Below are positions 23,101 to 33,700 of a stretch of 64,000 nucleotides of DNA, one piece after another. Location: NCBI GenBank assembly GCA_002633005.1, contig NMRA01000047.1, positions 498,913-562,912 of the forward strand, read 5' to 3'. The DNA comes from Phoronis australis (taxonomy: Eukaryota; Animalia; Phoronida). The notes beneath the pieces were generated by a model. That model worked only from the letters and a program-made list of their open reading frames with translations, searched no databases and was not told the DNA's origin. Position numbers and translations under genes: made by a program. Positions within the stretch are counted from its first letter, which is position 1; each line of letters opens with the position of its first letter.

Positions 23101-26100
23101 AAATCACGAACTACCATGGCCTCACAAGCCACCATGACCTCCTGACCACCGTGACCTCCCAACCTATCTTGACCTGATGACTCACCGTGACCTCCCAACC
23201 TATCTTGACCTGATGACTCACCTTGACCTCTAGTTCCTCCATCACCCGCTCCATTGTCCACTCATCCACCGGTGTCAAGCCCATTTCCTCTCGCTCTTGA
23301 TTCATCAGCTGTAGCCAGGCCAGGTCTTGATCATCCAGGTCATATCGGCACACCATGTCGGCCAGCTGCGACATGCCCGTCAACTCATGATAGCCAGTTC
23401 GGTAACCCTCGTCCTGGGCAGCATGAAGTAGCTTACGTGGCAGTTTGAAATCACCCTTCTGATCACTCTCACGGATTGTCCTGTACCAACACAATACACA
23501 AGGGTGTACTTAAGGTTATACAATACCCTAGAAAAATGTTCAAGTTTGCCTAAATTCAGAACACACTATCTTTATCAGATTCATGTGAAATTGCTGTTAA
23601 GAATTTTAAAATGTTCCACTTTTGCATGAGGGCTATCAAAAATAGGACTTTTATGATGTTCATAAAAAACTATTAAGTTGCATAAAATGAAATATTTCAG
23701 AAAACTGTAATTTTGAAATCTCACCTTGAAACAATTATATTGAATAAAATCATGTTATTGATACTGTTATCTTGCTGTCGATATACCTTTCCTTTTGCTA
23801 AATGGTCACGTGACCCAATTAATGGCAGTTTAGTAGATATTTGTCTACAAATGCAGACAATAAGGTCCTACATAACCTTACCAAACAAGAAGCAATGCCA
23901 ATGTGACTGAGCATTGAAACTATAACTATAGTAGACCTCTAGCAGAACAACTGTTGGAGATCAGGGTCCTTTCTCAGCTGACGGAGATGCCTGCGCCATC
24001 TGGTGGGAGATATTTTTGAGGGGAAAATTCCAAGGTCTTCGGTCACAGTAGTTAAAGCTAACCTCTTTGAGTAGACCTTGTTGTTTTTGCAAGGCTGAGG
24101 CTAAGTTGTAGAGGGCTTAAAGCAATAAACAAAGGATTCCCATGACTGGCTTACGAACCAATGTTTTGTAATCATCCCCACACTCAAAATAAACAAAACC
24201 ATACCCTGTTTTTCATATCGAGGTTGTAACACCTGGCTGACGACCATTAACTACTGTAGATAATTAAAACCTTCTGACGCGGAGTGTCCACGTGAATGGG
24301 GTCAATATTTGGCCACAGCATCGCGGTCCCCCAAAATACAAAGTAAACCAACTTAATACCAACCTAATCTCAGCTGCAGGTATACAGTCAGGGTTCACTG
24401 GTACTTGAACACCCTTTTCCCATTCCTGTCGCCATGGGTCGCTAATGAGGATGTACTCTTCCTGAAGAAGAGGCTCCGAGTCGGGCAACTTCATGGCGCT
24501 GATCAAATCTTTGCGAAAGAGCTAAAATAACCAATCAGTCAACAATACATATACTTATTTGATGTCTACAACATATTCCCGTATTAAGGCTCGTGCATAT
24601 AATTAAAATTATGCATTTTTCACATTTTGCTCACATTTCGTATGCAGGCTATTTGCCAAAACTTCCTTAAAGGTGCACAGCCCTTATACATGTACATTTA
24701 TATCATAATGAGAGTGCTTCTGTGTGTCCATTCTAAGTTCTCATTGACATAGTTAACAGAATTTTCATCAACAACTATCAATTTGGAACTTATTAAAAGG
24801 CTTTCCAAAAATTAATTGTTTCGTGGCCTTTGCTCGAGTTGTTCACACAGAGAGAGGCAAGCGCCCAACTTCAGCTATGTTATGCAGCTCCACAAATAGG
24901 AGGATGAGGCGAAATACGCATCTTCTAGCTAGTAAACAAATGGATTTTACATTACTAAACGAATATAAACATTAAGTTGAATAAATATGAGTGTGATGCC
25001 ATTAAAAGGACATTAACATTTTTTATAGCCCCAACAACCAATTTTTTGATTACTGTTGAATGTGACTTTTTGATGACACTAACTGTGACATGAACTACAC
25101 AACAATGAAATCTGCTATGTTCGTGTGATTTTATTGCAAGTGACCAATATTGTTGCAGTTGTCTACCAGACATTTGCTGAAATCAAAGCCCGTTTCTTTA
25201 TCAGTTAAGTACGCTTAAAATGATTTGCCATAACCTAAGTGGGATTTAGCTCTGACAGTTAGCAGAGCGTCTAGCGGCATGAGAGTTTGAGGTTCAATTA
25301 TTCACTGGAGCCGATCTCATTTTTCCCACCGATAATGTCACTTTAAAAAGGAGTACTCAAGCAACTTGCATCACGAATATTACCTCCGCTGGCTTATCAT
25401 GGCCCGATGCTGCATTACCACGGTTACTGGCCAATTTGCTGACCGATGGTGACCCCCGTTTACTCGGCATGTCGTCGTCATCATCGCTATCGCTTACATA
25501 ACGTCGCTTCTTTGACCGACCGCCATAAACATCTGAAATAGGCAATGTTACACAATTACAAAATTCATAGTTTGAACTGACATTCAACAGGCTTCATCCA
25601 GAGGGCCCCAACATACACACAGTGACACCTGTTGATTTTGACACTCAAATTATTCATAACTGGATTTGAAAATTTCAGTTCTTATATAACACCAAAATAT
25701 CACAAACATGGACAGTAGAAAGTCTTACAGGAACAACATCTTTCTGTACAGAATCCACAGCCTGATAAATGGTAAACTTAAGAACATGTTTTTCCAAACA
25801 GAATTATCCTTGATCACAATAACCTAAGCCAGATACAGGAAGAAGCAGGGCCCATCTAGAAGGCATACAGGGGTGTCCATTTGGTCACACTAGCTCAAAT
25901 TTAGAAACCTTAGCTAGGGCGTCTTGATCAGCATTTGGACGCCATCGTTATGGTGGTAATGGTGGCCAAGTAAAGTAAGCACGTAAGCACTGGTGTCTCT
26001 ATTGACTTGCTGACAGCAACTGTGGACATTCAGTTTTAGGACACAATTGCAAGATGGGAGAATTTTATTGTAGACCCATGACTCCAGAGTAACATACTAC

Positions 26101-26479
26101 ACTATACCATCAATTGGGGTCATAGATATAGACACACATCAGTGGTCGTGGACACCTCAAGAAATCAGGAAACTTGTTTTAGATGCCCTACTTTTGAAAT
26201 CCTGGATGAAGCCCTGGGAAATCTTTTGATCAGAGCGCCAACTGTTGTAACTGTTTGTTATTTTCTCACTTACTCCCTTGACAAATCCATAAAAGCAATT
26301 AGCTACTGACAATTTATATCCATAGTGTTGATTGTTAAAGATTTAACCACGAGGGACTGCCACTGCCATAACAACAGGGCTTAGCCCGAAGTAGTAAGGG
26401 ACATACCATCATCAGCTTTTCCACTTTTCTTCCCCTTGCCCTGGGCCTTGCCTTTACCCTTCGAGCGAGTGCCAGACAT
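11157..26479 (-). CDS. JADE: Jade/PHF17 family (rhinoceros-like) EPC-N/PZP scaffold of the HBO1 acetyltransferase complex, 12 coding exons
   Basis: Exons 26479-26407, 25532-25384, 24521-24364, 23480-23222, 22108-22019, 20720-20539, 19928-19823, 17951-17778, 17593-17433, 16491-16341, 15842-15717, 13058-11157; all GT-AG and frame-consistent. Motifs [55 protein letters not shown]1-knuckle-PHD2, [30 protein letters not shown]. Confidence 0.93.
14090..15170. repeat. Degenerate higher-order tandem repeat (~140-bp subunits, ~430-bp trimer) in the last Jade intron
   Basis: Recurring CCACTAGRKGGC-like and CAAATTTCA..AAGAT motifs. 14473-14600 aligns with 14900-15020 (CCTATTTGCCAA.TT..TGAA.ATCCATCCA.GAACT). 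Confidence 0.75.
16213..16345. repeat. ~30-bp minisatellite (about 4 copies) that includes a Jade 5' splice site
   Basis: Units AATTACCTTT.AA.T.CATGAC.....GAT, i.e. AAAG|GTAATT on the minus strand, at 16213, 16244, 16274 and 16335. Confidence 0.75.
18269..19774 (-). mobile_element. Internally deleted, non-autonomous piggyBac DNA transposon in a Jade intron
   Basis: TTAA at 18265-18268 and 19775-19778. TIRs CCCTCTTGCTGCC / GGCAGTAAGAGGG. Frameshifted transposase remnant [27 protein letters not shown] (19076..19261), typical of piggyBac N-terminal regions. Confidence 0.88.
21374..21603. repeat. 57-bp minisatellite, 4 copies
   Basis: Unit CGTGGTTTACCGATTTAATAATACACACTGCTTACACATTTATACTTAGGTGTGTAT repeated almost perfectly with no spacers. 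Confidence 0.95.
23147..23230. repeat. 36-bp tandem duplication spanning a Jade 5' splice site
   Basis: CACCGTGACCTCCCAACCTATCTTGACCTGATGACT x2 followed by CACCTTGACCTC. Confidence 0.9.
25588..26216. mobile_element. Putative non-autonomous DNA transposon with short TIRs
   Basis: CAGGCTTCATCCAG at 25588 and CTGGATGAAGCCCTG ending at 26216 (inverted, one indel). No clear TSD. Confidence 0.45.
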
Positions 26480-26647
26480 AGTGAAGCGCTGAAAACAGCA
26501 CACAAAAATAATCCTTCACCACATCAATACTGGTCCAAGTGCACATATGAGACTCAGAGGAACACAAATTGAACACAAATTGCCATCCATTCAAACTGTT
26601 TCATTTTCCACAAGTTACTTTTTTACGAAAATATGTATTAGACGCAC

Positions 26648-26739
26648 CGGGGTCCTGCATTTTGAGAACAAATTTCCTCCAGTGAATAACGGGCGTCAAA
26701 CTGGTTCTCAAAATCCGGGAAACCCTGTACCTATTGCCC
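26648..26739. mobile_element. Palindromic ~110-bp MITE family, copy 1
   Basis: TTGAGAAC...TGAATAAC.GG..TCAAACTGGTTCTCAA...CTATTGCCC shared with 47779-47890 and 62093-62184. Confidence 0.7.
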
Positions 26740-27419
26740 AAAATAAATCCACACTTAGCTGTTGCTGCCGATTGCTGCCCAGCACAGTTGAAAGCATGAC
26801 TGATTCTGCACACTACATTACACGCCACAACAAAATCAGGCAAACTACTGTTTCCCTGTTAGGACGTCTAATCCTGTAAACAGCAACAACGGCAACGCAA
26901 AGCATTGGAAAACGCACATGACTGCACTCACGTATATGTCGTTCTCCCTACATGTATTCAAACATGGCGCTGTATCGATGTTTGAAATGTTTTACACTAT
27001 GTTTGGAGTCATTTTTGTATGACAACATATCCTCTGGGGTGCACTGTGTAAAAAAGGCCAGTTTCGGATTTTTGGGAACTGAACAAAGGACTGCTCGAAG
27101 AAAAAGTTTGATAAAAAAATTGTTCGAGTTGGAAAGAATTAGAGACATCAACAGCCTCTTACGGTGTCCCTATTTACGCAAAAGGTACTTATAACACCGT
27201 GACTTTGACGTTTTAATCAGTGAGAGGCGATGATTCATATAGGAGCTTCACTCTCTCTAGCTACTGGCCATCTAGGAAACACGTAGCCCCTCAGTTGCCA
27301 GTTAGAGGCTACAATACTTCCCATCACTTTCTGTACGTATTTCTTCCCGTGTATTTTAAACGAGCGGTAGGCCAAATACGGTCACCGATTAAGAGTTTTC
27401 ACTCCATCAAAAATACATT

Positions 27420-27800
27420 CCATACTTAAAACTATCACATAAAAAAGTGTTTACTTTCTTCAGTCTTCAGTGGTCCTTTCTACTTCTACACATATCTTCA
27501 CTGAAGCTTAGTTATGAGAATTAAGGTGATTTTGGCGAAGAATTCCATATCCACTTTTTGGTCACCGTTAACTTTTTACCACGCGCGAGATAACCACAAA
27601 GTATTTCAACTGAGTCACGTGAGTTAGGCAAAGGCTAGCGCGAGACTGAGCAAAGTGCGTGACGCTGACGCGCGACACTTGCAAAGTAGCATGAGAAGGT
27701 ATCAAGTGAAATTGTTAAGATTTGTGTCCCTTGGACTTTTCATTCGTCAACGTGCATAATTTCACATAACTTCCTCAAAATGACACCCGGTAAGAGAAAC
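27420..27800. promoter_or_regulatory. Probable Jade promoter and non-coding first exon (divergent to NCBP2)
   Basis: CpG-enriched patch with GTCACGTGA (27614) and TGACG motifs. Minus-strand donor GTATG at 27421-27425. The acceptor at 26489-26490 just upstream of the ATG implies an upstream exon. Confidence 0.4.
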
Positions 27801-28973
27801 TCTAGCAGATTTTCATCGATTTGTTCAAATTATCTTGATTGAATCGTCTCCAGACTTATGGTATGTGTTCATTATAACTCCATGTGCATATATGCATGGT
27901 TCATTTGATTGTATTTCCTGCATTTTGAAATTTTAACTTTTTGTGGTGAAGTACTATCGCCCCTGTATGCCTGCAGCATCCAGCCATCCAGGGCGATGTA
28001 ATTGCCAACACAGACCCTTGAGTTTATCTTTTCCTTGATCATCACTGAGGTCACTCACTACTAAGAAAACATAAAGTTTAGACACTCAAAATCTGTTTGC
28101 TCAGAATTTTCTACTCAAATCTGCAGGAACTCTGCAAAACTAGTATCAAAGAAATCTTTGAATATCTTCTTTCATTTTATCTCTTTAAATTGCCTTCGAG
28201 TGGTGATTTGACGACAAAAATGTCTCGAAAAATACCAAAATAACAAATTCAAGGATCTTATTTTGTGACGAAAGACGTTCATGACAGACAACCTTCGAGC
28301 ATCCGGGTTTTTGGCCGATGCTCCCGACGCAATTCCAGAGCTCCGTTTTTGCGCGCCCATGAATGTTATTTGAGTGGCCTCCACATAAATTTAGTTTCAG
28401 TTTGAATGTAATTAAGCTCTGGTTATGTAAAACAATATTGTTTATAACCATGGTACCATGGGTTGCTTGCTTCTAACACTGGCCTACTGCGAAATCCAGC
28501 ATTTACCGAGGGTGATTTACCGCGACTACACGTGTGGTCAGACATCGGAAATGTCTGCCAAAAACCGAGTATTCATTGTGCTTCAACAAAGAGTAGCACA
28601 TAATGTCAAGATCAAACACAAGATACGCCGGCTCTTGCAATTAAATTCTAGGTTAATGGTTAACATGAGCTATAAGAAACAAATTACACTGAAGAAGAAG
28701 GTTAACTTTAATAACCTCAATCATTGAAATTGGGGATGAATTTCTCAACTTTGACATAGGGGTTGCTTGCTCAAACTTGAAATTTTATCTTCGACAGACG
28801 TACATGTTAAAGCACAACTGAAACCAGCCATGTTAACTATTTTGGGTCCTTGAATTCAGAGTTTTGAGTTGTTTCGAAAATTTCGTCGCCAATTCACCAC
28901 TCACAGGGATAATTTAATGGGATCAAGGAAAGATAAAGCTTCGAAGGTTTATGCAATACCAGTCTGAGGGAGA

Positions 28974-30238
28974 TGCACGCACAGGCGTCCTCAGCTTCTG
29001 ATCGTCCCCAATACACTATGACACTCCGGACTAGAAATTCCACGGGTACTTCACTTCCGCCATTCATAGCAAACACAAAACTCAATACATTTTCAAAAAA
29101 CGGAGGTTCAACAAACCATGAGGATTGTCCTTTCTCCCAATACCATTTACAGTATCCAGCTCCACCGAGTTCGCAACAAGTTAGAGGTCAAAGCACAAAA
29201 ATCTTTTCAAAAAGTTGCTGCGTACCAGCAATATGCTACACGGAAATTGCCAGTTTGTCACAGAAGGTCACGACATCAATAACTCCACACTTAGCCAGAC
29301 CGTTTCGTAACCTTCTGTGATGAACCGGCAATTGCCGTCAATTCGTAACTCATCGGATTATTCCGTACCCTACTTGACTTTGACCGCGTGAAGCATATTG
29401 CTAATACGCAGTGACTTTTTGAGATTTTTGTGTTTTGACCGCAAATTTGTTGCAAACTCAGTGGAGCAGGACACTGTAAATGGTATTAGCAGATAGAACA
29501 ATTCCTCATGGCTTGTTGAACCCGTTTAGTGTAAATTTATAGTTTTGTGTTTGCTATGAACGGCTGAAGTGAAGCACCCGTGGAATTTTTAGTCCGGAGT
29601 GTCATACTTTGTAGTATTCTATATACTAGTGTGTTGGAGAAGATCAGAAGTTGAGGACGCCTGTGGATGCAAGCAGATTTTATTTGGATTTGGGACAGTT
29701 GAAGTTGGGAGCCTCAGCTCGGCAAAGCATCAGTTTCCAACCTTTATATTTCTTATATATGATTATGCGTGAAATTCGAGCGCCTGTGCTGTGATTGCCT
29801 ACTATACTACTGTATTGGCCAGCTAAACACACTTTGCACTTTGTCGGTTCGAGGTCAAGGGCAGTAAGTAAATTACTGATAAATTACGGATGGACGGCGC
29901 TATCGACATCGTGACTTTACGCGACAAACCGGCAATTCCCATACGGTTATTGACCTCAAACAGACAAAGTGCAAAGTGTGTTTGGGCTTTTTGGGAACAT
30001 TTTTGTGCTTTGACAGCGAATTTCTAGCGAACTCGCTGGAGCAGGACACCGTGAATGGAAAGAACAATTTCTCATGGTTTGTTGAACCCGTTTTGAGTAA
30101 ATTTATTGAGTTATGTGTTTGATATGGACAGTTGAATCAAAGAACCCATGGAATTTCTAGTTCCGAGTGTCATACCTTGTAGTATTATATGTAGTGTATT
30201 GGGCACGCGATCAGAAGCTGAGGACGCCTGTGGGTGCA
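28974..30238. repeat. Three copies of a ~260-400-bp element in inverted arrangement
   Basis: Copy A 28974-29387; copies B ~29415-29670 and C ~29850-30238 are reverse complements. Example: CACAGGCGTCCTCAGCTTCTGATC vs GATCAGAAGCTGAGGACGCCTGTG. Confidence 0.85.
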
Positions 30239-30780
30239 CTGTGACATTCAACCAGCAGAAAACTTGAATATCCCGCCATAAAATTTAAGCCTATCCCCGT
30301 CTCGTCAATCAGAATATAGCAGCGTAACATGGAAACTGATACGACAAGACACAACAACAAAGGGATGTTTACACTACTCGCATTACTGTGACATATTTCA
30401 CTGCCGTGTGATGCGAATTTCAGTAAACTGGTGTAGCAAGTAAATAAAACATAGTGAAGATTGATGGCAAATCTTCTGAGAATACTGACCTAATTACGTA
30501 TGCATAAGACCTTTCATAAGAGAATAAATACCTTATACGTCAAACATCCGGATCAGCGTTATTCTTCAACATTCTAAGTATGCATTGGTATACAATCTGA
30601 TACCAACAGTGCTTATAATTTTGAGTAAGAAGTCGTCAAAATGAGCACCAATTCTTTGGCGCCATCACAAAATTTATACGAAATTTTTATAATCACGTTT
30701 GCACGTGACATGAAATCTCGTTCGTGAGAAAGTTTAGCGCCATCATACAACAAGTTCCAGAACTAATCAGTTGAACAAAA

Positions 30781-33700
30781 ATGTCTTTGAAAAGAAAGCG
30801 ACAGTCTGGTGGTTCCGTGGAGTTGAGCGCTTACAGGGACCAACACTTCAAGGTACATTCGTGTTTTAGTGCTGGACGATATGCTGATTTTTGATTCTTA
30901 AAAATTCTCAGTCAATAGTAACAGTTGTGTTTCAATTAGTTTCGTGTGTTGTATTATTTGTAGTGTAGCGCACGACTTTCCCCACAAGTACAGAACACAT
31001 GTTTGTAACTGTAACTGTAAGATATGTACAGTCACTCTCTGAGACACCCGATATGTACTGTACAGTTTTGTATTCCTACAGGTTCACTAGCTAGGTTTCT
31101 AGAAGTACTCATCAGTTAAAACAAAGCTACCATGGTTTGACTTAAACACAACCTAAATGCACATCCCGGGCCAAGCCGGCCAGGGCACAAGCTGAAGGAC
31201 TGCCACAAGCATCATGCTAACAGTAACACTAACAGTAATAGGGAGAATTATAGCATTTTTCACAAAGTTTAGAAAATGTGCATGTAATATACATCATGAG
31301 AAAGTGCTTCACAATCACAGGACTCAGAGCACTGTGCAAAAACTTTTTATTTCGACTTACGGTGCCGTAGAAAATGTCATTTTTGTGTCAAAATTTTTTA
31401 TCAAAACAAATAAGGTATCATTTAAAGATTTTTATCAGGAAAGTTTAAATCTGATAATTGATTGAGCACATTATCAATATCATTTTGTGATTTTTTGTTA
31501 ACATGGTGTTTGCGAACTTGTCAAAATCTAATTGCATTAAATATAAATGAAAGATAAACAATATGTATTGATGACAAGTATGATAAGTAGAACATTTTAA
31601 CACTAGCTTCTGAAGACATACAATGAAATTCTTTGCGTAACAATGTAATAAAATGAAGACCTTGTCTTGAGCCATCAAAAAGTTCATGCTATACAAGGGA
31701 CAACTCCAATGTTTATTTCCCAAAGTTGTCTTAAAAGGGAACTGTATTTTATTCTGAATAAATTGTGGATAGTTTTCTATGAATTGTTGATTAATTTCAC
31801 AAATAATTCAACACCAAAAATTAAACTTATGTTCTCTAACGAAGCTCGAAAAATTACCGGCTTGGAGCGCTGCTTAGTCTCGTGACGTATTTGGCGGGGG
31901 CAAAGTCACTGTCCTGTGCTGTGTTAGCGTGCAATCAAGTAGCGTTTTTTTATAATGTCGGAATAAGAAATTTTAGTGTGAAATTTCGGGTCACAAGGGA
32001 TACCTGTTTTAGCCGAGGCAACACAAAGTGATACCTAGTCATCGTCATCGTCAGACGAAAATTTGCCGGTGTAACTGGTGTCAGTGACTGTGCCGAGGGC
32101 AATGTGGACTCTAGCCATCCAGTCAGCCAGTTGTCAGCCCCACTCCGGCAGCTCTGTAAACTTGAAGGGTTGGTAAGTTACCGACTGTACCTGTATGAAG
32201 ACTATCGTACCACTGTGTGTTGAGCTCCGTTAACCCCGAAATTTCAGACAGCCGTTGACTACCCGGGTATAGTTGACTCAGTTATGCTCGTCACCTCGTC
32301 GTAAAACTTAGGCTACATCAACATATAAAGCTAACGGACCGGCGGGGGCGCATGCAAAATCTGATATAGTCACCCGACACTTCCATTGTTCGTTGCAGCC
32401 GTTTAAGTGGAAAACAATCAAATAAACGTCCTTTGGTAGCATAATTTGCCGCCTTTTTAACAAAGAAGTGTGTCGTCCGTTTCAAGAACAGCACGCTCGT
32501 GACACGGCGCACGCGCCATTTCATAAAAATTTGAGACGTCTTTCGGGACATCATAACAGCTTCGCAGCACCAAGGTTGTTCTAAAATTCGGTTTGCTGGT
32601 GTAAAAATACTAAAAACTTGAAACAAAATGAAACAAGCTCCGATAATTTGTTATAACATGTACGCAACCTAGGTACCGTCAGCGACGAACACATGATAAA
32701 AGAATCAGGGGGAAAAGAAACTGGTAAAGGTCAGGTGACGTAATCGCAAAAAGCCGACTCAAGAAAACACATCACAATTTTACTAGCACCAGCCGATGAA
32801 CGATCGCTAACATTTCCAACACCGGTAAATACAGAAGTTAGTTTACTCTAGGAACCTGTTTCCTAGGTTTACTCAAGGATGACTTAGTTTTAATGACATT
32901 TATTTGAGTCAGATTTTATTTGTACATTTTTTACCCATATCGGCTTAAACCTGTAGGCCTATATCTAGTATACACTGAGCTTTGGGCCAAGGCTTGGGTA
33001 ACCCGGCGGTGGTATGCGATGACCATCCCTTTAGAAGACGCCTTTTTCGAAGAGTTTGAGCAACCAGGTGCCATACAAAAAGGCATAGCGAACCTTTTAC
33101 AGCACTGTGGCAAACAATAAAAAAATAAGGACGATTGATACAATGATAAATTACGATGTAAACTCTTCAAATATGACATAAGCAATGAATGTGCAAAGGG
33201 GTGGGGGCTAACCCTTTCACTGACTACCGAAAATCAGTGGAGTACAGGATACCCAACATGGAGTTATTCCAGCATTTTGAGGTCCCCTTGTCCATAGTCA
33301 TTCATCAGCCGAAAGGTATTCTAGTAGACGGCCTCATCTACGTCATAATGGATATTGAACCGTGATGGATATTTAGAGACCTGAAAGAATACTATGATCC
33401 ATAAATGATTTGTTGCTATGACATGCGAGCATTATTCGAACAGTGTTCTGCAAAAATGTTACCACTACTTGGAAATTATGCAAAACATTTCAACAAACAA
33501 AGCTGGCATAATATTGTTGAACTTAAAAGTCATGAAAAGAAAAAAGAAATAGCTAGGTAAGTTACACCAGTATACAAAAATCAAGAACATATTGCTCTTC
33601 AGATGCTGCAGTTTTGTTAATAAGAACTGTCAATGCTTGTTACATACTAACAAATAAGTTTTTCTGCTTTTCTATTTCAAATTGGAATAAATCAATACCA

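Noticed and set aside
25240-25315. tRNA-like A/B-box remnants (also ~42600-42635)
   Set aside because: No cloverleaf and degenerate boxes; at most old SINE fragments, too weak to call.
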